From the NCBI GenBank assembly GCA_965223345.1, contig CBDCWG010000012.1, positions 896,001-960,000 on the forward strand: DNA of 64,000 nt, given 5' to 3'. Of this stretch, positions 46,346-58,205 are shown piece by piece. The DNA comes from Nitrospinales bacterium (GTDB lineage Bacteria > Nitrospinota > Nitrospinia > Nitrospinales > VA-1). The notes under the pieces were generated by a model, which saw nothing but the letters and a program-made list of their open reading frames with translations, had not been told where the DNA came from and ran no database searches. The translations under genes were made by a program, and so were the position numbers. Within the stretch, counting starts at the first letter, position 1, and every line of letters begins with the position of its first letter.

Positions 46346-46972
46346 ATGCCACAATTGGATCTTTTGGATGCCAGCAATAAAAAGGTGGGAACCGTTGACG
46401 CGGCGCCTGCGGTCTTCGATGTGAAGATCCGCGAGAACCTCGTGCAGCAGTACGTTTCGCTGCAGCTGGCCACCCGCCGCAGCGGGACCGCCTGCACGAA
46501 GAGCAACAAGGGGGAGCTGAATGGCAGCGGCAAGAAACCCTGGCGGCAAAAAGGCACCGGCCGCGCCCGTGCGGGCAACACGCGGTCGCCGATCTGGCGC
46601 GGCGGCATGACGGTGTTCGGGCCGACCCCGCGGGACTACAGCTTCAAGATGTCCAAGAAAGCGAAAAAGCTGGCGTTGAAGTCGGTGCTGACCGACCGGG
46701 TGCAAAACAAAATGTTGACGGTGGTCGATGCGCTTTCGATCCCCGAGCCGAAGACCAAAGAAGCGGTCAAGCTCATGCAGGGGCTCGGTCTGAAAGGCAA
46801 AACCCTGTTTGTGGTCGAAGGGGAAAACACCAACCTGGAGCTTGGGGTGCGGAACCTGCCCGATGCCAATGTGTTGCGCGTGGACGGGCTCAACGCGTTC
46901 GACCTTCTGGTGCACGAAAAGATCGTGTGCACGCAGGAAGCGATCAAGAAAATTGAAGAAAGGCTGGCCTGA
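46346..46972 (+). CDS. rplD: 50S ribosomal protein L4
   Basis: KPWRQKGTGRARAG, SPIWRGGMTVFGP. Confidence 0.98.
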   Translation: MPQLDLLDASNKKVGTVDAAPAVFDVKIRENLVQQYVSLQLATRRSGTACTKSNKGELNGSGKKPWRQKGTGRARAGNTRSPIWRGGMTVFGPTPRDYSFKMSKKAKKLALKSVLTDRVQNKMLTVVDALSIPEPKTKEAVKLMQGLGLKGKTLFVVEGENTNLELGVRNLPDANVLRVDGLNAFDLLVHEKIVCTQEAIKKIEERLA

Positions 46973-47259
46973 TGGAACTTCATCGTATGATTGAAAAGCC
47001 CCTGGTCACGGAAAAAAGCACGGAGATTCTGCAGGACGGCAACTGGGTTTCGTTCCGCGTGAGCATCGGGGCGAACAAGATCCAGATCAAGGAAGCCATC
47101 GAAAAGCAATTCAACGTGACCGTGTTGAAGGTCAATACGGGAATCGTGCGCGGCAAGCGGCGGCGTTTCGGCCGCACGCTCGGTGTCGGCAAAAACTGGA
47201 AAAAAGCGATGCTGCGCCTGAAGGACGGCGACAAGATCGAAATCTTTGAAGGAGTGTGA
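46972..47259 (+). CDS. rplW: 50S ribosomal protein L23
   Basis: [22 protein letters not shown]. Confidence 0.97.
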   Translation: MELHRMIEKPLVTEKSTEILQDGNWVSFRVSIGANKIQIKEAIEKQFNVTVLKVNTGIVRGKRRRFGRTLGVGKNWKKAMLRLKDGDKIEIFEGV

Positions 47260-47264
47260 CGGTC

Positions 47265-48095
47265 GTGCCCATTCGTAAGTTAAAACCCCGATCGCCGGGT
47301 TCCCGGTTTCGAACCATCTCCGGTTTCGACGAGATCACCAAAACCGAACCGGAAAAATCCCTTCTGGTTTCCATTTCCAGGAAGGGCGGACGCAACAACA
47401 ACGGCCGCATCACCGCGAAACGCCGGGGCGGCGGGCATCGGAAGCTCTACCGCAAAATCGATTTCAAGAGGAACAAGGACGGTATCGAAGCGCGGGTGGC
47501 GGGCATCGAATACGATCCCAACCGTTCGGCGAACATCGCCCTTCTGGTCTATTCGGATGGAGAGAAGCGTTACATCATCGCCCCGAGCAAGCTCAATGTG
47601 GGCGATAGGCTGCAATCCGGCGACGCTGCGGAAATCAAGGTGGGCAACTGCCTGCCTTTGAGCCGGATTCCGGACGGCACGCTGATCCACAACGTGGAGC
47701 TCAGACCCGGAAAGGGCGGGCAGTTGGGGCGCAGCGCCGGCAACTCGATCCAGTTGATGGCGAAAGAGGGCAAACGCGCCACGCTCAAGCTGTCTTCCGG
47801 GGAGGTCCGTCTGGTGGAAGCGAAGTGCCGGGCCACAGTGGGCACGGTCGGCAACGCGGACTACGAGAACATCTCCTGGGGCAAGGCGGGGCGCACGCGC
47901 TGGATGGGAATCCGGCCGCGGGTGCGGGCGGTGGCCATGAACCCGGTGGATCATCCCATGGGCGGCGGCGAAGGCCGGTCCTCGGGCGGGCGGCACCCCT
48001 GCAGTCCCTGGGGGCAGATCGCCAAGGGGCTCAAGACGCGAAAGGTGAAAAAACCGTCGAACAAATACATTCTGGGCAAACGCAAAAAGAAATAA
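47265..48095 (+). CDS. rplB: 50S ribosomal protein L2
   Basis: [34 protein letters not shown] 47265 (or 47256). Confidence 0.98.
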   Translation: MPIRKLKPRSPGSRFRTISGFDEITKTEPEKSLLVSISRKGGRNNNGRITAKRRGGGHRKLYRKIDFKRNKDGIEARVAGIEYDPNRSANIALLVYSDGEKRYIIAPSKLNVGDRLQSGDAAEIKVGNCLPLSRIPDGTLIHNVELRPGKGGQLGRSAGNSIQLMAKEGKRATLKLSSGEVRLVEAKCRATVGTVGNADYENISWGKAGRTRWMGIRPRVRAVAMNPVDHPMGGGEGRSSGGRHPCSPWGQIAKGLKTRKVKKPSNKYILGKRKKK

Positions 48096-48122
48096 CAGCG
48101 GCATTTCATTTTTAAGGAAACC

Positions 48123-48404
48123 ATGGCTCGGTCACTCAAAAAAGGTCCCTTCGTGGACGACTACCTCCTCAAGCGAATCGAGGAGATGAATCGGCAGAAT
48201 GACAAAAAAATCGTGAAAACGTGGTCCCGCCGGTCCACCGTGATCCCGGATTTCGTCGGGCACACGCTCGCGGTTCACAACGGGAAGAAGTTCATTCCCG
48301 TGTTCGTCACCGAAAACATGGTCGGTCACAAGCTCGGGGAATTTTCACCCACGCGCACGTTCCGGTCGCACGGCGGCAAGACCAAAAAGGCCGTGACCAA
48401 GTAA
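48123..48404 (+). CDS. rpsS: 30S ribosomal protein S19
   Basis: [21 protein letters not shown]. Confidence 0.99.
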   Translation: MARSLKKGPFVDDYLLKRIEEMNRQNDKKIVKTWSRRSTVIPDFVGHTLAVHNGKKFIPVFVTENMVGHKLGEFSPTRTFRSHGGKTKKAVTK

Positions 48405-48427
48405 ACCATCGTCGAGGGTGAGCGCAA

Positions 48428-48778
48428 ATGGCAACTGAAACGAAAGAAGTGAAGGCGGTGCTTCGGCACACACGGACGGCCCCCCGCAAGGCGAGGCTGG
48501 TTGCCGATATGATCCGGGGCCGCAATGTGAACGATGCGATCAACATCCTCACGTTCACCCGCAAGCGGGCGGCGCGCAAGCTGCAGAAGCTTTTGAAATC
48601 CGCGATCGCCAATGCGGAGGAGAACCACAAGGTTCTGGATGTGGACGATCTCATCGTCAAGCGGATCTGTGTCGATGAGGGCGTGACCTGGAAACGCTCC
48701 CTGCCGCGTGCGCGCGGTATGGCCACGGCGATTCGCAAGCGGACCAGCAACATCACGCTGGTTCTTGAAGAAAAATAA
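48428..48778 (+). CDS. rplV: 50S ribosomal protein L22
   Basis: PRKARLVADMIRG, SAIANAEEN, PRARG. Confidence 0.98.
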   Translation: MATETKEVKAVLRHTRTAPRKARLVADMIRGRNVNDAINILTFTRKRAARKLQKLLKSAIANAEENHKVLDVDDLIVKRICVDEGVTWKRSLPRARGMATAIRKRTSNITLVLEEK

Positions 48779-48794
48779 TCACGGGAGATAAAAC

Positions 48795-49481
48795 GTGGGG
48801 CAAAAAGTTCATCCTTACGGATTCAGGCTCGGGTTCAACAAAACGTGGACCTCAAACTGGTATGCCCGAAAAGACTACTCGGATTTTCTGGTTGAAGACA
48901 TCAAGCTCAGAAATCATATCATGTCAACGCTGTCGCATGCCGGGATCTCCAAGGTCGAGATCGAGCGGTCGGCGAACCGGGTGCGGATCAACATCCACAC
49001 CGCGCGTCCGGGAATCATCATCGGCAAAAAAGGGCTGGAAGTTGACAAGCTGAAAGAAGAGCTGCAAAAAGTGATGTCCGGCAAGCAGGTCAGCCTCAAC
49101 ATCAAGGAAGTCCGCCGTGGTGAGTTGGATGCGGCGCTGATCGCCCAGAACATCGCCCTGCAGCTGGAAAAACGCGTATCGTTTCGCCGGGCGATGAAAA
49201 AAAGCGTCGTTTCGGCGCTGCGCTTCGGCGCGAAGGGCATCAAGATCCGTGTGTCCGGAAGGCTGGGCGGCGCGGAGATTGCGCGCAGCGAATGGTATCG
49301 CCAGGGGCGGGTTCCCCTGCACACCCTGCGGGCCGACATCGATTACGGAACGGCGCGGTCCAAGACTACCTTCGGCATCATCGGCGTGAAGGTCTGGGTG
49401 TATAAGGGCGACATCCTTCCTGAAAAAGGGGAGTCCAAGCCCGCGACTTTCGCGAAGGACGGCGAGGCGGAAGCGAGCTGA
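48795..49481 (+). CDS. rpsC: 30S ribosomal protein S3
   Basis: [26 protein letters not shown]. Confidence 0.99.
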   Translation: MGQKVHPYGFRLGFNKTWTSNWYARKDYSDFLVEDIKLRNHIMSTLSHAGISKVEIERSANRVRINIHTARPGIIIGKKGLEVDKLKEELQKVMSGKQVSLNIKEVRRGELDAALIAQNIALQLEKRVSFRRAMKKSVVSALRFGAKGIKIRVSGRLGGAEIARSEWYRQGRVPLHTLRADIDYGTARSKTTFGIIGVKVWVYKGDILPEKGESKPATFAKDGEAEAS

Positions 49482-49549
49482 ACAGGCGGGTTCGAGCGAT
49501 GCGTCTCGAATGATTTTGAAATTCTGATTGAACGTGGAGGGCCGGCATC

Positions 49550-49954
49550 ATGTTGATGCCCAAAAAAGTCAAATACCGAAAGCGGCACAAAGGCAAGATG
49601 CGCGGGACCGCGTTTCGCGGCGGGACCCTGAGTTTCGGTTCCTACGGTTTGCAGGCCACCGAGTGCGGCTGGATCACCAACCGGCAGATTGAAGCGGCGC
49701 GTATCGCCATGACCCGGCATGTGAAGCGCGGTGGAAAAATCTGGCTCAGGATTTTTCCTGACAAACCCATCTCCAAAAAGCCCGCCGAGACCCGCATGGG
49801 GAAGGGCAAGGGGAATCCCGAGTTCTGGGTGTGCGTGATCAAACCGGGCCGGGTTTTGTACGAAATGGAAGGTGTGCCCGAAGACATCGCCAAAGAAGCG
49901 TTCCGGCTGGCGGCGCACAAGCTTCCCCTCGGCACCCGTTTCATCACAAAATGA
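49550..49954 (+). CDS. rplP: 50S ribosomal protein L16
   Basis: [18 protein letters not shown]. Confidence 0.99.
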   Translation: MLMPKKVKYRKRHKGKMRGTAFRGGTLSFGSYGLQATECGWITNRQIEAARIAMTRHVKRGGKIWLRIFPDKPISKKPAETRMGKGKGNPEFWVCVIKPGRVLYEMEGVPEDIAKEAFRLAAHKLPLGTRFITK

Positions 49955-49976
49955 CCGAATGGAGTGAATGCTGTCA

Positions 49977-50207
49977 ATGAAAGCCAGTGAGATCCGGGAT
50001 CTCTCGGACAAGGAAAAAGAGGAAAAGGTGGCGGACCTGCAACAGGAGTACTTCAACCTGAGGTTTCAGCTCGCCACCGGCAAGATCGAAAACCCGAGTC
50101 GGCTGCGGCTCATCCGCAGGGACATCGCCCGGATCAAGACGATTCAAAACGAGATCCAGGCCGGAGGCGCAAGCGATGCCGGTGCGGATTTGGGTTCCAA
50201 TGACTAA
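49977..50207 (+). CDS. rpmC: 50S ribosomal protein L29
   Basis: [27 protein letters not shown]. Confidence 0.97.
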   Translation: MKASEIRDLSDKEKEEKVADLQQEYFNLRFQLATGKIENPSRLRLIRRDIARIKTIQNEIQAGGASDAGADLGSND

Positions 50208-50245
50208 CCGGCCGAAGGCCACTGAATTGAATTGAGGAGAGCCTG

Positions 50246-50527
50246 TTGGAACGTGCGCTGAAACGAAAGACGCTGACGGGAACCGTGATCAGCAACAAGA
50301 TGGATAAGACGGTGGTGGTGGAAGTGCGCAGACGCTTCACCCATCCCAAGTTTAAAAAAGTGATCACCACGACGTCCAAGTACATGGTTCACGACGAAAA
50401 GAACCAGTGCAATCCCGGAGATTTCATCAGCGTGTGTGAGACTCGGCCGCTCAGCAAAAACAAACGCTGGCGGTTGATCGAAGTCATCAAACCGGCTCTT
50501 CTACCAGAGGCAGGGAGCGCGAAATGA
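50246..50527 (+). CDS. rpsQ: 30S ribosomal protein S17
   Basis: [24 protein letters not shown] start. Confidence 0.97.
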   Translation: MERALKRKTLTGTVISNKMDKTVVVEVRRRFTHPKFKKVITTTSKYMVHDEKNQCNPGDFISVCETRPLSKNKRWRLIEVIKPALLPEAGSAK

Positions 50528-50892
50528 TTCAACTGAGAACCGTGCTGGATGTTGCGGACAATTCCGGCGCCAAAACCGTGCAGTGCATCAAAGTGCTTGG
50601 CGGATCGCGGCGGCGCTACGCCCGGGTCGGGGACATCATCGTGGTGGCGCTCAAGGAAGTGGAGCCGCACGGCACGCTTAAAAAAGGTGACGTGAAAAAA
50701 GCGGTGGTGGTGCGCACCCGCAAAGAGATACGCAGAAGCGAGGGCAGCTACATCAAGTTCGACACCAACGCGGCGGTGCTCATCAACGACACCAAGGAGC
50801 CCTTAGGCACGCGTATTTTCGGGCCGGTTGCGCGCGAGCTGCGCGCCAAGCGTTACATGAAGATCCTTTCCCTCGCCCCGGAGGTGCTGTGA
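50524..50892 (+). CDS. rplN: 50S ribosomal protein L14
   Basis: [27 protein letters not shown]. Confidence 0.99.
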   Translation: MIQLRTVLDVADNSGAKTVQCIKVLGGSRRRYARVGDIIVVALKEVEPHGTLKKGDVKKAVVVRTRKEIRRSEGSYIKFDTNAAVLINDTKEPLGTRIFGPVARELRAKRYMKILSLAPEVL

Positions 50893-51230
50893 TGGCAAGC
50901 GCAACCGGCAAGATCGGGCTTAAAAAAGACGACATCGTCGAGGTCATCTCCGGAAGGGAGAAAGGCAAAAAAGGAAAGATCCTTTCGCTGTTGCCCGATG
51001 AGGCTTCCGTGAAAGTGGAAAAGCTCAACATGTACAAGCGGCACATGAAAGGCGACGGCAAAACCCGTCAGGCGGGCATCGTTGAGCAGGAAGGCAAAAT
51101 ACACATCTCCAACGTGCTGCTGGTGTGCGACAAATGCGGCAAAGGCGTGCGCACCAAACGAAAAACACTCGAAGATGGAAAACGCGTCCGCACGTGTTCC
51201 AAATGCGGCGAAGTGATCGATAAGGTTTGA
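50892..51230 (+). CDS. rplX: 50S ribosomal protein L24 (two CxxC motifs)
   Basis: [28 protein letters not shown]...CSKC. Confidence 0.97.
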   Translation: MASATGKIGLKKDDIVEVISGREKGKKGKILSLLPDEASVKVEKLNMYKRHMKGDGKTRQAGIVEQEGKIHISNVLLVCDKCGKGVRTKRKTLEDGKRVRTCSKCGEVIDKV

Positions 51231-51231
51231 C

Positions 51232-51771
51232 ATGGCCAATCTGAAAGCAGCCTACAAAGACAAATACCGCGCTCTCATTCAAAAAGAGCTGGGCCTTGAG
51301 AACGTGATGGAAGTTCCTCGCATGGAAAAGATCGTCGTCAACATGGGACTGGGCGAGGCGCTGCAGAATGCGAAATTGATCGATTCGGGCATCGATCAGC
51401 TCAGGATCATCACCGGGCAGCAACCGGTGATCACCAAAGCGAAGAAAGCCATCTCCAATTTCAAGTTGCGGGAAGGCGTGCCGATCGGCCTTCGGGTCAC
51501 GCTGCGCGGCAACCGCATGTACGAATTTTTCGAGCGCTTCGTTTCGTTTGCACTGCCTCGGGTTCGGGATTTCAAGGGACTTTCGCCCAAGGCGTTCGAC
51601 GGGCGTGGCAATTACACAGTGGGCTTGAAAGAGCAGTTGATCTTTCCTGAAATCAATTTCGACAAAATCGAAAAGATCAAGGGAATGAACATCACCATCT
51701 GCACGACCGCACGGTCGGATGAGGAAGGCAAATGCCTGCTGACCCACATGGGTCTGCCTCTCAGAAAATAA
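51232..51771 (+). CDS. rplE: 50S ribosomal protein L5
   Basis: [23 protein letters not shown]. Confidence 0.99.
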   Translation: MANLKAAYKDKYRALIQKELGLENVMEVPRMEKIVVNMGLGEALQNAKLIDSGIDQLRIITGQQPVITKAKKAISNFKLREGVPIGLRVTLRGNRMYEFFERFVSFALPRVRDFKGLSPKAFDGRGNYTVGLKEQLIFPEINFDKIEKIKGMNITICTTARSDEEGKCLLTHMGLPLRK

Positions 51772-51797
51772 CGTTGGATTAAAATACGGAATTTGTA

Positions 51798-51983
51798 ATG
51801 GCAAAAAAATCATTGATCGCCAAATCGCAGAGAAAGCAGAAGTTCGCAGTGCGGACCTACAACCGGTGCCGCGTTTGCGGGCGGCCGCGCGGGTTCCTCC
51901 GCAAGTTCGGAATGTGCCGCATCTGTTTTCGCGAGCGGGCGCTTCGCGGTGAAATACCGGGCGTCACCAAAGCGAGCTGGTGA
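51798..51983 (+). CDS. rpsZ: 30S ribosomal protein S14, type Z (61 aa, Zn-binding)
   Basis: RCRVCGRPR...CRICFRE. Confidence 0.98.
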   Translation: MAKKSLIAKSQRKQKFAVRTYNRCRVCGRPRGFLRKFGMCRICFRERALRGEIPGVTKASW

Positions 51984-52012
51984 TCTCTCTTTTTCTTGAA
52001 TAGGAATTTTCT

Positions 52013-52408
52013 ATGTCGATGACCGATCCCATAGCGGATCTTTTCACACGGATTCGAAACAGTCTCATGGTCCGTCAGGATAAAATGGATCTGCCCAATT
52101 CCAGAATGAAGGCGCGTATCGTCGAGATTCTGAAGGAAGAGGGGTACATCAAGAATTTTCGTGTCTACGAGGACAACAAGCAGGGCATCCTGAGGATTTA
52201 TCACAAGTATAAAAACGACGATCCCGTCATCCAGGGCATCAAGCGAGTCAGCCGGCCCGGCCGGCGCGCTTACGTGGGACGGGATGAAATCCCGAAAGTG
52301 CTCAACGGTCTGGGGACCGCCATCATTTCGACTTCTTCCGGTGTGCTCACCGATCAGGAATGCCGCAAAAACGGCATCGGCGGTGAAGTCATCGGATACG
52401 TTTGGTGA
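52013..52408 (+). CDS. rpsH: 30S ribosomal protein S8
   Basis: [29 protein letters not shown]. Confidence 0.99.
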   Translation: MSMTDPIADLFTRIRNSLMVRQDKMDLPNSRMKARIVEILKEEGYIKNFRVYEDNKQGILRIYHKYKNDDPVIQGIKRVSRPGRRAYVGRDEIPKVLNGLGTAIISTSSGVLTDQECRKNGIGGEVIGYVW

Positions 52409-52412
52409 CCAC

Positions 52413-52964
52413 ATGTCGAGAATAGGAAAGCTTCCGATCAAGATCCCTTCCGGGGTGGATTGCAAAACCGAAGGGCTCGCCTTCAAGGTCAAGGGACCGA
52501 AGGGGCAGCTCGAACACACCCTGCATCCGAACATGAAGCTGGAAATGGCCGACGGGGAGATCCGGGTGATCCGGCCTTCCGACGGCAGGACGGACCGGTC
52601 GCTGCACGGTCTCACCCGCAGCCTGATCAACAACATGGTCACCGGTGTGACGAACGGGTTTTCCAAGCAGCTCAATGTGGTCGGGGTCGGTTACCGGGTG
52701 GAGCTCAAGGGAAAGAACCTGGTGCTCAACCTGGGATACTCGCATCCCATCGAGTACCCCGCTCCGCAGGGCGTGGAGTTTGAAGTCGATTCCAAGAAAA
52801 ACACCATCGTGGTGAAAGGGATCGACAAGCAAAAGGTGGGGCAGGCCGCCGCGGAGATCCGCGAGTTCAGGCCGCCGGAACCTTACAAGGGCAAGGGAGT
52901 CATGTATTCCACCGAACGGATTCGCCGAAAAGCGGGCAAAGCCGCAGCAGGAGCCAAGAGCTGA
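52413..52964 (+). CDS. rplF: 50S ribosomal protein L6
   Basis: [23 protein letters not shown]. Confidence 0.99.
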   Translation: MSRIGKLPIKIPSGVDCKTEGLAFKVKGPKGQLEHTLHPNMKLEMADGEIRVIRPSDGRTDRSLHGLTRSLINNMVTGVTNGFSKQLNVVGVGYRVELKGKNLVLNLGYSHPIEYPAPQGVEFEVDSKKNTIVVKGIDKQKVGQAAAEIREFRPPEPYKGKGVMYSTERIRRKAGKAAAGAKS

Positions 52965-52966
52965 TC

Positions 52967-53332
52967 ATGAAACAATCGGAAAGACAGCGTTTGCGGGAGA
53001 GACGGAAAAAGAGCGTGAAAGGACGGGTCCAGAGAAATACCGAACGGCCGCGGCTCACCGTGTTCAAAAGCCTCAATCACATTTACGCCCAGATCATCGA
53101 CGACAAGCAAGGCAAGACGCTCGTTTCGGCGTCCACCCTCACCGCGGCGTTCAAGGAGAAGATGAAAACCGGCGGCAATGTGGAAGCGGCGAAGCTGGTC
53201 GGCAGCCTGATCGGCGAGCAGGCCACGCAAAAAGGCATCAAGCAGGTCTACTACGACCGCAACGGTTTCAAGTACACAGGCAGGATTCGCGCACTGGCGG
53301 ATGCGGTGCGGGAAAAAGGAGTGCAATTTTAA
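52967..53332 (+). CDS. rplR: 50S ribosomal protein L18
   Basis: [28 protein letters not shown]. Confidence 0.98.
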   Translation: MKQSERQRLRERRKKSVKGRVQRNTERPRLTVFKSLNHIYAQIIDDKQGKTLVSASTLTAAFKEKMKTGGNVEAAKLVGSLIGEQATQKGIKQVYYDRNGFKYTGRIRALADAVREKGVQF

Positions 53333-53386
53333 TCGCGGCCGACCCCGGGTTGAGCCGAACGAACAGGATGTGGACGGGAGGGTTCA

Positions 53387-53896
53387 TTGCAAGAATCACG
53401 GTATGACAGCGGCAAACAGGAACTGGTTGACAAGGTCGTCCGGATCAACCGCGTGGCCAAGGTGGTCAAAGGCGGCCGGCGGTTCAGTTTCAGCGCCCTG
53501 GTCGTGGTGGGAAACCGCGAAGGGGAAGTCGGCTGGGGACTGGGCAAGGCCAACGAGGTTCCGGAAGCCATCCGCAAAGGTGTGGAAAAGGCCAAAAAGA
53601 GCATGGTGCGCGTCCGTCTCGACGGTTCCACGATCCCGCATGAGGTGATCGGCGCTTACGGTGCGGGCCGGGTGCTTTTGAAACCCGCTTCGCGCGGAAC
53701 CGGGTTGATCGCAGGCGGCGCAGTGCGTGCGGTGCTGGAAGCGGTGGGCGTGCGCGACATCCTCACCAAATGCCTGCGCACCAACAACCCGCACAATGTG
53801 GTGAAAGCCACCATTCAGGGATTGCAGTCCCTGCACGATGCGAAACAGTTTTCCGCGATGCGCGGCAAACAGGTTCAAGCTACTTCAGCGGAATGA
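53387..53896 (+). CDS. rpsE: 30S ribosomal protein S5
   Basis: [25 protein letters not shown] start. Confidence 0.98.
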   Translation: MQESRYDSGKQELVDKVVRINRVAKVVKGGRRFSFSALVVVGNREGEVGWGLGKANEVPEAIRKGVEKAKKSMVRVRLDGSTIPHEVIGAYGAGRVLLKPASRGTGLIAGGAVRAVLEAVGVRDILTKCLRTNNPHNVVKATIQGLQSLHDAKQFSAMRGKQVQATSAE

Positions 53897-53900
53897 AACG

Positions 53901-54341
53901 ATGATCACTTTGTCCAATTTGAAAGCGGCGCCGGGCGTTAAGAAAAACCGGAAGCGCATCGGGCGCGGCATCGGTTCGGGAACGGGAAAGACCAGCGGCA
54001 AAGGCCAGAAAGGCCAGAAAAGCCGGTCCGGAGGCAATCCGCATCCCTGGTTTGAGGGCGGACAGATGCCTTTGCAGCGGCGGCTGCCGAAACGCGGTTT
54101 CCACAATATTTTCAAAACCCATTATGAAATCGTCAACCTCGGCCAACTGGAAAAAGTCCCGAAGGATCAGCCGATCACCGCAGAGGTGCTGCAAAAGCAG
54201 GGGCTGATCCGCAAGAAGGGCAAGCTGAAAGTTCTGGGGCATGGGGAATTGACCCAGGCTGTGACGATCCATGCCGCGAAATTCAGCAAGTCCGCCATGG
54301 AAAAAATTGAAAAGTCTGGAGGAAAGGCCGTAATCGACTAA
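53901..54341 (+). CDS. rplO: 50S ribosomal protein L15
   Basis: RIGRGIGSG, FEGGQMPLQRRLPKRGF. Confidence 0.98.
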   Translation: MITLSNLKAAPGVKKNRKRIGRGIGSGTGKTSGKGQKGQKSRSGGNPHPWFEGGQMPLQRRLPKRGFHNIFKTHYEIVNLGQLEKVPKDQPITAEVLQKQGLIRKKGKLKVLGHGELTQAVTIHAAKFSKSAMEKIEKSGGKAVID

Positions 54342-55658
54342 ATGAGTGGCGCGCAAGCTTTTGGCAATATATTCAGAGTTCCTGAGCTCAAGCGGAGAGT
54401 CTTTTTCACTCTGGGAATTCTCGTTGTCTACCGGATAGGCGCGCACATTCCCACTCCCGGCATCGATTCGAATGCCCTGGCCGAGTTGTTCGCCATGGCG
54501 CAGGGAACGATTCTCGGTTTTTTCAACATGTTCTCGGGCGGGGCGTTGAGCCGCCTTTCCATCTTCGCCCTGGGCATCATGCCCTACATCAGCGCATCCA
54601 TCATCCTGCAGCTGATGACGATCGTCTCGCCGTATCTGGCGCGTCTGAAGAAAGAGGGCGAGCAGGGGCAGAAGAAGATCACGCAGTACACGCGTTACGG
54701 AACCATCGGACTCAGCCTGATCCAGGGATCGGGCATCGCCGTGGGACTGGAAGCGATGCGCAGCCCGGCCGGCAGCCTCATCGTTCCGACTCCCGGCTGG
54801 TCTTTCCGGTTGATGGCGGTGTTGACGCTCACGGCCGGCACGGCGTTTTTGATGTGGCTGGGTGAGCAGATCACGGAACGCGGCATCGGCAACGGCATCT
54901 CGCTGATCATTTTTGCAGGCATCGTCGCGGGAACCCCCGCCGCGATTTTCCAGTCGATGGATCTGATGGGCACGGGCGAGCTGTCCGTTCTCGTGATGTT
55001 GTTCCTGATCGTTTTGATGATCGCGGTGGTCGGTGCCATCGTTTTCACGGAAGGCGGGCAACGGCGGATTCCGATCCAGTATGCGAAGCGCATGGTCGGA
55101 AGGAAGATGTACGGCGGGCAGAGCACGCATCTGCCGCTCAAGGTCAACACCTCGGGCGTCATTCCGCCGATCTTCGCATCGTCGATCATCATGTTTCCGG
55201 CGACCATCGCGCAGTTCATCAGCCATCCCTGGATGCAGACGGTGTCCGGCTGGCTGACGCCGGGGACGATCATTTACAGCCTGTTGTTCATCGGCGCGAT
55301 CTTTTTCTTTTGTTATTTTTACACGGCGGTCATTTTCAACCCCGTGGACGTTGCGGACAACATGAAAAAGCACGGAGGTTACATTCCGGGTATCCGCCCC
55401 GGCGCGAAGACTTCCGAGTACATCGATCAGATCCTTTCCAGGATCACGTTTTATGGAGCGTGCTATCTTTCTTTGGTCTGCATATTGCCGGATTATTTGA
55501 TAAAATATTTCAACATTCCATTTTATTTTGGTGGGACCAGCCTGTTGATCGTTGTGGGTGTGTCTCTGGACACCATGCAGCAAATCGAATCCCACCTCGT
55601 CATGAGAAATTACGACGGTTTCGTGAAGAAGGGAAGGTTGAAGGGCCGCCGAGGCTGA
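54342..55658 (+). CDS. secY: preprotein translocase subunit SecY
   Basis: SIFALGIMPYISASII, GIGNGISLIIF, IPGIRPG, GGTSLLIVVGV. Confidence 0.99.
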   Translation: MSGAQAFGNIFRVPELKRRVFFTLGILVVYRIGAHIPTPGIDSNALAELFAMAQGTILGFFNMFSGGALSRLSIFALGIMPYISASIILQLMTIVSPYLARLKKEGEQGQKKITQYTRYGTIGLSLIQGSGIAVGLEAMRSPAGSLIVPTPGWSFRLMAVLTLTAGTAFLMWLGEQITERGIGNGISLIIFAGIVAGTPAAIFQSMDLMGTGELSVLVMLFLIVLMIAVVGAIVFTEGGQRRIPIQYAKRMVGRKMYGGQSTHLPLKVNTSGVIPPIFASSIIMFPATIAQFISHPWMQTVSGWLTPGTIIYSLLFIGAIFFFCYFYTAVIFNPVDVADNMKKHGGYIPGIRPGAKTSEYIDQILSRITFYGACYLSLVCILPDYLIKYFNIPFYFGGTSLLIVVGVSLDTMQQIESHLVMRNYDGFVKKGRLKGRRG

Positions 55659-55661
55659 TCC

Positions 55662-56303
55662 ATGAGGTTGATTTTATTAGGGCCGCCGGGTGCAGGGAAA
55701 GGCACTCAGGCGAAGATGCTGAAAGAGAAGTTTCGCATTCCCCAGATCTCCACCGGGGACATTCTGAGGAATGCGGTGAAAAACGGCACCCCGCTGGGGG
55801 CCAAGGCCAAATCGTTCATGGATGCGGGCAGACTGGTCCCCGACGATGTGGTGATCGAACTGATTAAGGAACGCATCCGCGATGCGGATTGCAAGGACGG
55901 TTTCATTCTCGATGGGTTTCCACGCACCATCGTGCAGGCGGAGAAACTTTCCGAAACCGTGCGGGATATGGGGCTCAGCATCGACACGGTGATCGATTTT
56001 GAGGTCGATCCGGATGTGTTGATCACCCGGCTGACCGGCAGAAGCACCTGCCCCAATTGCGGGGCCATGTTTCACGAAGAGAGCCGCCCGCCGAAAAAAA
56101 AAGGCGTGTGCGATTTTTGCGGCGAGAAGTTGTACCAGCGGCCCGATGACAATAAAGACACGATACTCAAAAGGCTTGAGGTTTACGAAAAGGAAACCGC
56201 TCCGTTGAAGGATTTTTACAAAAAACAGGGGAACCTCAAGACCCTGGAAGGACGAGGATCGGCGGAGGCTATTTTTTCCCAGGTTTGTTCTATGGTGTCC
56301 TGA
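55662..56303 (+). CDS. adk: adenylate kinase with Zn-type LID
   Basis: [21 protein letters not shown]...CDFC. Confidence 0.98.
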   Translation: MRLILLGPPGAGKGTQAKMLKEKFRIPQISTGDILRNAVKNGTPLGAKAKSFMDAGRLVPDDVVIELIKERIRDADCKDGFILDGFPRTIVQAEKLSETVRDMGLSIDTVIDFEVDPDVLITRLTGRSTCPNCGAMFHEESRPPKKKGVCDFCGEKLYQRPDDNKDTILKRLEVYEKETAPLKDFYKKQGNLKTLEGRGSAEAIFSQVCSMVS

Positions 56304-56305
56304 AT

Positions 56306-56524
56306 ATGTCAAAAGAAGAATCCATTGAAGTCGAAGGAACGGTGCTGGAGCCCCTCCCCAATGCCATGTTCCGGGTGGAGCTTGAAAACGGCCATAAAAT
56401 TCTGGCCCACATTTCTGGAAAGATGCGGCTGCATTTCATCCGCATCCTGTCGGGGGACAAGGTGAAAGTGCAGCTTTCACCGTACGACCTCACACGGGGC
56501 CGCATCACGTACCGTTATAAGTAG
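56306..56524 (+). CDS. infA: translation initiation factor IF-1
   Basis: [29 protein letters not shown]. Confidence 0.98.
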   Translation: MSKEESIEVEGTVLEPLPNAMFRVELENGHKILAHISGKMRLHFIRILSGDKVKVQLSPYDLTRGRITYRYK

Positions 56525-56579
56525 GAGCCCAATCGTTCGGGTTCTGGAGTGTGTTAAAAATTCGCACGGGTTTAGAAAA

Positions 56580-56693
56580 ATGAAAGTCAGATCTTCAGTC
56601 AAACCGATTTGCATGAAATGTAAAGTGATACGAAGGCGCGGCGTGGTGCGCGTGATCTGCGAGAACCCCAAGCACAAACAGCGCCAGGGATGA
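56580..56693 (+). CDS. rpmJ: 50S ribosomal protein L36 (Zn-binding form); absent from the ORF track
   Basis: Manual translation [37 protein letters not shown]. Confidence 0.97.
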   Translation: MKVRSSVKPICMKCKVIRRRGVVRVICENPKHKQRQG

Positions 56694-56753
56694 ACGCCGA
56701 AGCATTTGGTTTCGGCTTTATGATCGATTTTGTGAAAACCTGAAGGAGAAACG

Positions 56754-57128
56754 GTGGCACGCATTGCGGGAGTTGACATTCCAAGAGACAAGCGGGCTGT
56801 GATCGCGTTGACCTATATCTACGGTATCGGCAAATCCACGGCAGGCGACATTCTGAAAAAAGCCGAGGTCTCGCACGAGATCCGGATGAAAGATCTGACC
56901 GAAGATGAGGTTTCGCGGATCCGTTCCATCATCGACAAGGAATACGAGGTGGAAGGGGATCTCAGGCGCGATCTGAACATGAGCATCAAACGATTGATGG
57001 ACATCGGCAGTTACCGCGGGCTCAGGCATCGCAAAGGCCTGCCGGTGCGCGGACAGCGTTCGCACACCAACGCCCGCACCCGCAAGGGGCCGAAAAAGAC
57101 GGTGGGCTCACGGGCTGCGAAAAAATAA
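56754..57128 (+). CDS. rpsM: 30S ribosomal protein S13
   Basis: [23 protein letters not shown]. Confidence 0.99.
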   Translation: MARIAGVDIPRDKRAVIALTYIYGIGKSTAGDILKKAEVSHEIRMKDLTEDEVSRIRSIIDKEYEVEGDLRRDLNMSIKRLMDIGSYRGLRHRKGLPVRGQRSHTNARTRKGPKKTVGSRAAKK

Positions 57129-57147
57129 CCTTTGAGGAAATCCATTC

Positions 57148-57543
57148 ATGGAAAAAGGCAAGCCGGGTAAATCCGGAAAGAAGAAACAAAAGAGCGCCCC
57201 TGAAACCGGGGTCGCCCATATCCAGGCGACGTTCAACAACACCATCGTCACCATCAGCGACACGTCCGGAAACGTCATCGCCTGGTCGAGCGCCGGGGCT
57301 CAGGGCTTCAAGGGGTCCCGCAAAAGCACTCCGTTCGCCGCCCAGGTGGCCGCCGACAAGGTGGCGCAGAAAGCCAAGGACATGGGCATGCGAAAACTGG
57401 AAGTGCACGTGAAAGGCCCCGGTTCCGGCCGGGAATCCGCCATCCGTTCTTTGCAGGCGGCGGGGATGGAGATCATCGTGATCCGCGACAAGACCCCCAT
57501 TCCGCACAACGGCTGCCGGCCCAGGAAGCGGCGAAGAGTTTAA
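57148..57543 (+). CDS. rpsK: 30S ribosomal protein S11
   Basis: [25 protein letters not shown]. Confidence 0.99.
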   Translation: MEKGKPGKSGKKKQKSAPETGVAHIQATFNNTIVTISDTSGNVIAWSSAGAQGFKGSRKSTPFAAQVAADKVAQKAKDMGMRKLEVHVKGPGSGRESAIRSLQAAGMEIIVIRDKTPIPHNGCRPRKRRRV

Positions 57544-57578
57544 TCGTTCACCACTAATCGAAAATCGGGAGAAATCAC

Positions 57579-58205
57579 TTGGCAAGGTATACAGGTTCTG
57601 TTTGTCGGTTGTGCCGGAGAGAAGGAATCAAGCTGTTCTTGAAAGGGTCGCGGTGTGAGTCCGCCAAATGCGCCATCGACAAGCGAGCGTACGTTCCCGG
57701 CCAGCACGGTCAGGGAAGGAAGAAGTTTTCCGAATACGGAGTGCAGCTGCGGGAAAAACAGAAGGTGAAACGCTTTTACGGGGTTCTCGAAAAACAGTTC
57801 CGGATCTATTTCGCCGCCGCCGACCGCAAAAAGGGCGTCACCGGCGAGAACCTGCTGCAGAATCTCGAACTCAGGCTGGACAACGTGGTGTACCGGATGG
57901 GGCTGGGTGCGTCCCGCAATGCAGCGCGGCAGCTGGTCCGGCACAATCATTTCACCGTCAACGGCAAACGGGTCAACATCCCCTCCTATATTTTGAAGCA
58001 GGGCGATGTGATCGCACCGAGCGAACGGAAGTTGAGCAAAGCCCCCATCAAGGCCGCACTGGAAAAGATGAAGGAAAAGACGCTTCCGCACTGGCTTTCA
58101 TTCGATGCCGACAGCAAGCAGGGAATCGTGCAATCGTTGCCGACGCGCGAAGACATTACCATTCCGATCGAAGAGCAGCTGATCGTTGAGCTTTATTCTC
58201 GCTGA
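57579..58205 (+). CDS. rpsD: 30S ribosomal protein S4 (four-Cys form)
   Basis: CRLCRREG...C....[19 protein letters not shown] start. Confidence 0.98.
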   Translation: MARYTGSVCRLCRREGIKLFLKGSRCESAKCAIDKRAYVPGQHGQGRKKFSEYGVQLREKQKVKRFYGVLEKQFRIYFAAADRKKGVTGENLLQNLELRLDNVVYRMGLGASRNAARQLVRHNHFTVNGKRVNIPSYILKQGDVIAPSERKLSKAPIKAALEKMKEKTLPHWLSFDADSKQGIVQSLPTREDITIPIEEQLIVELYSR

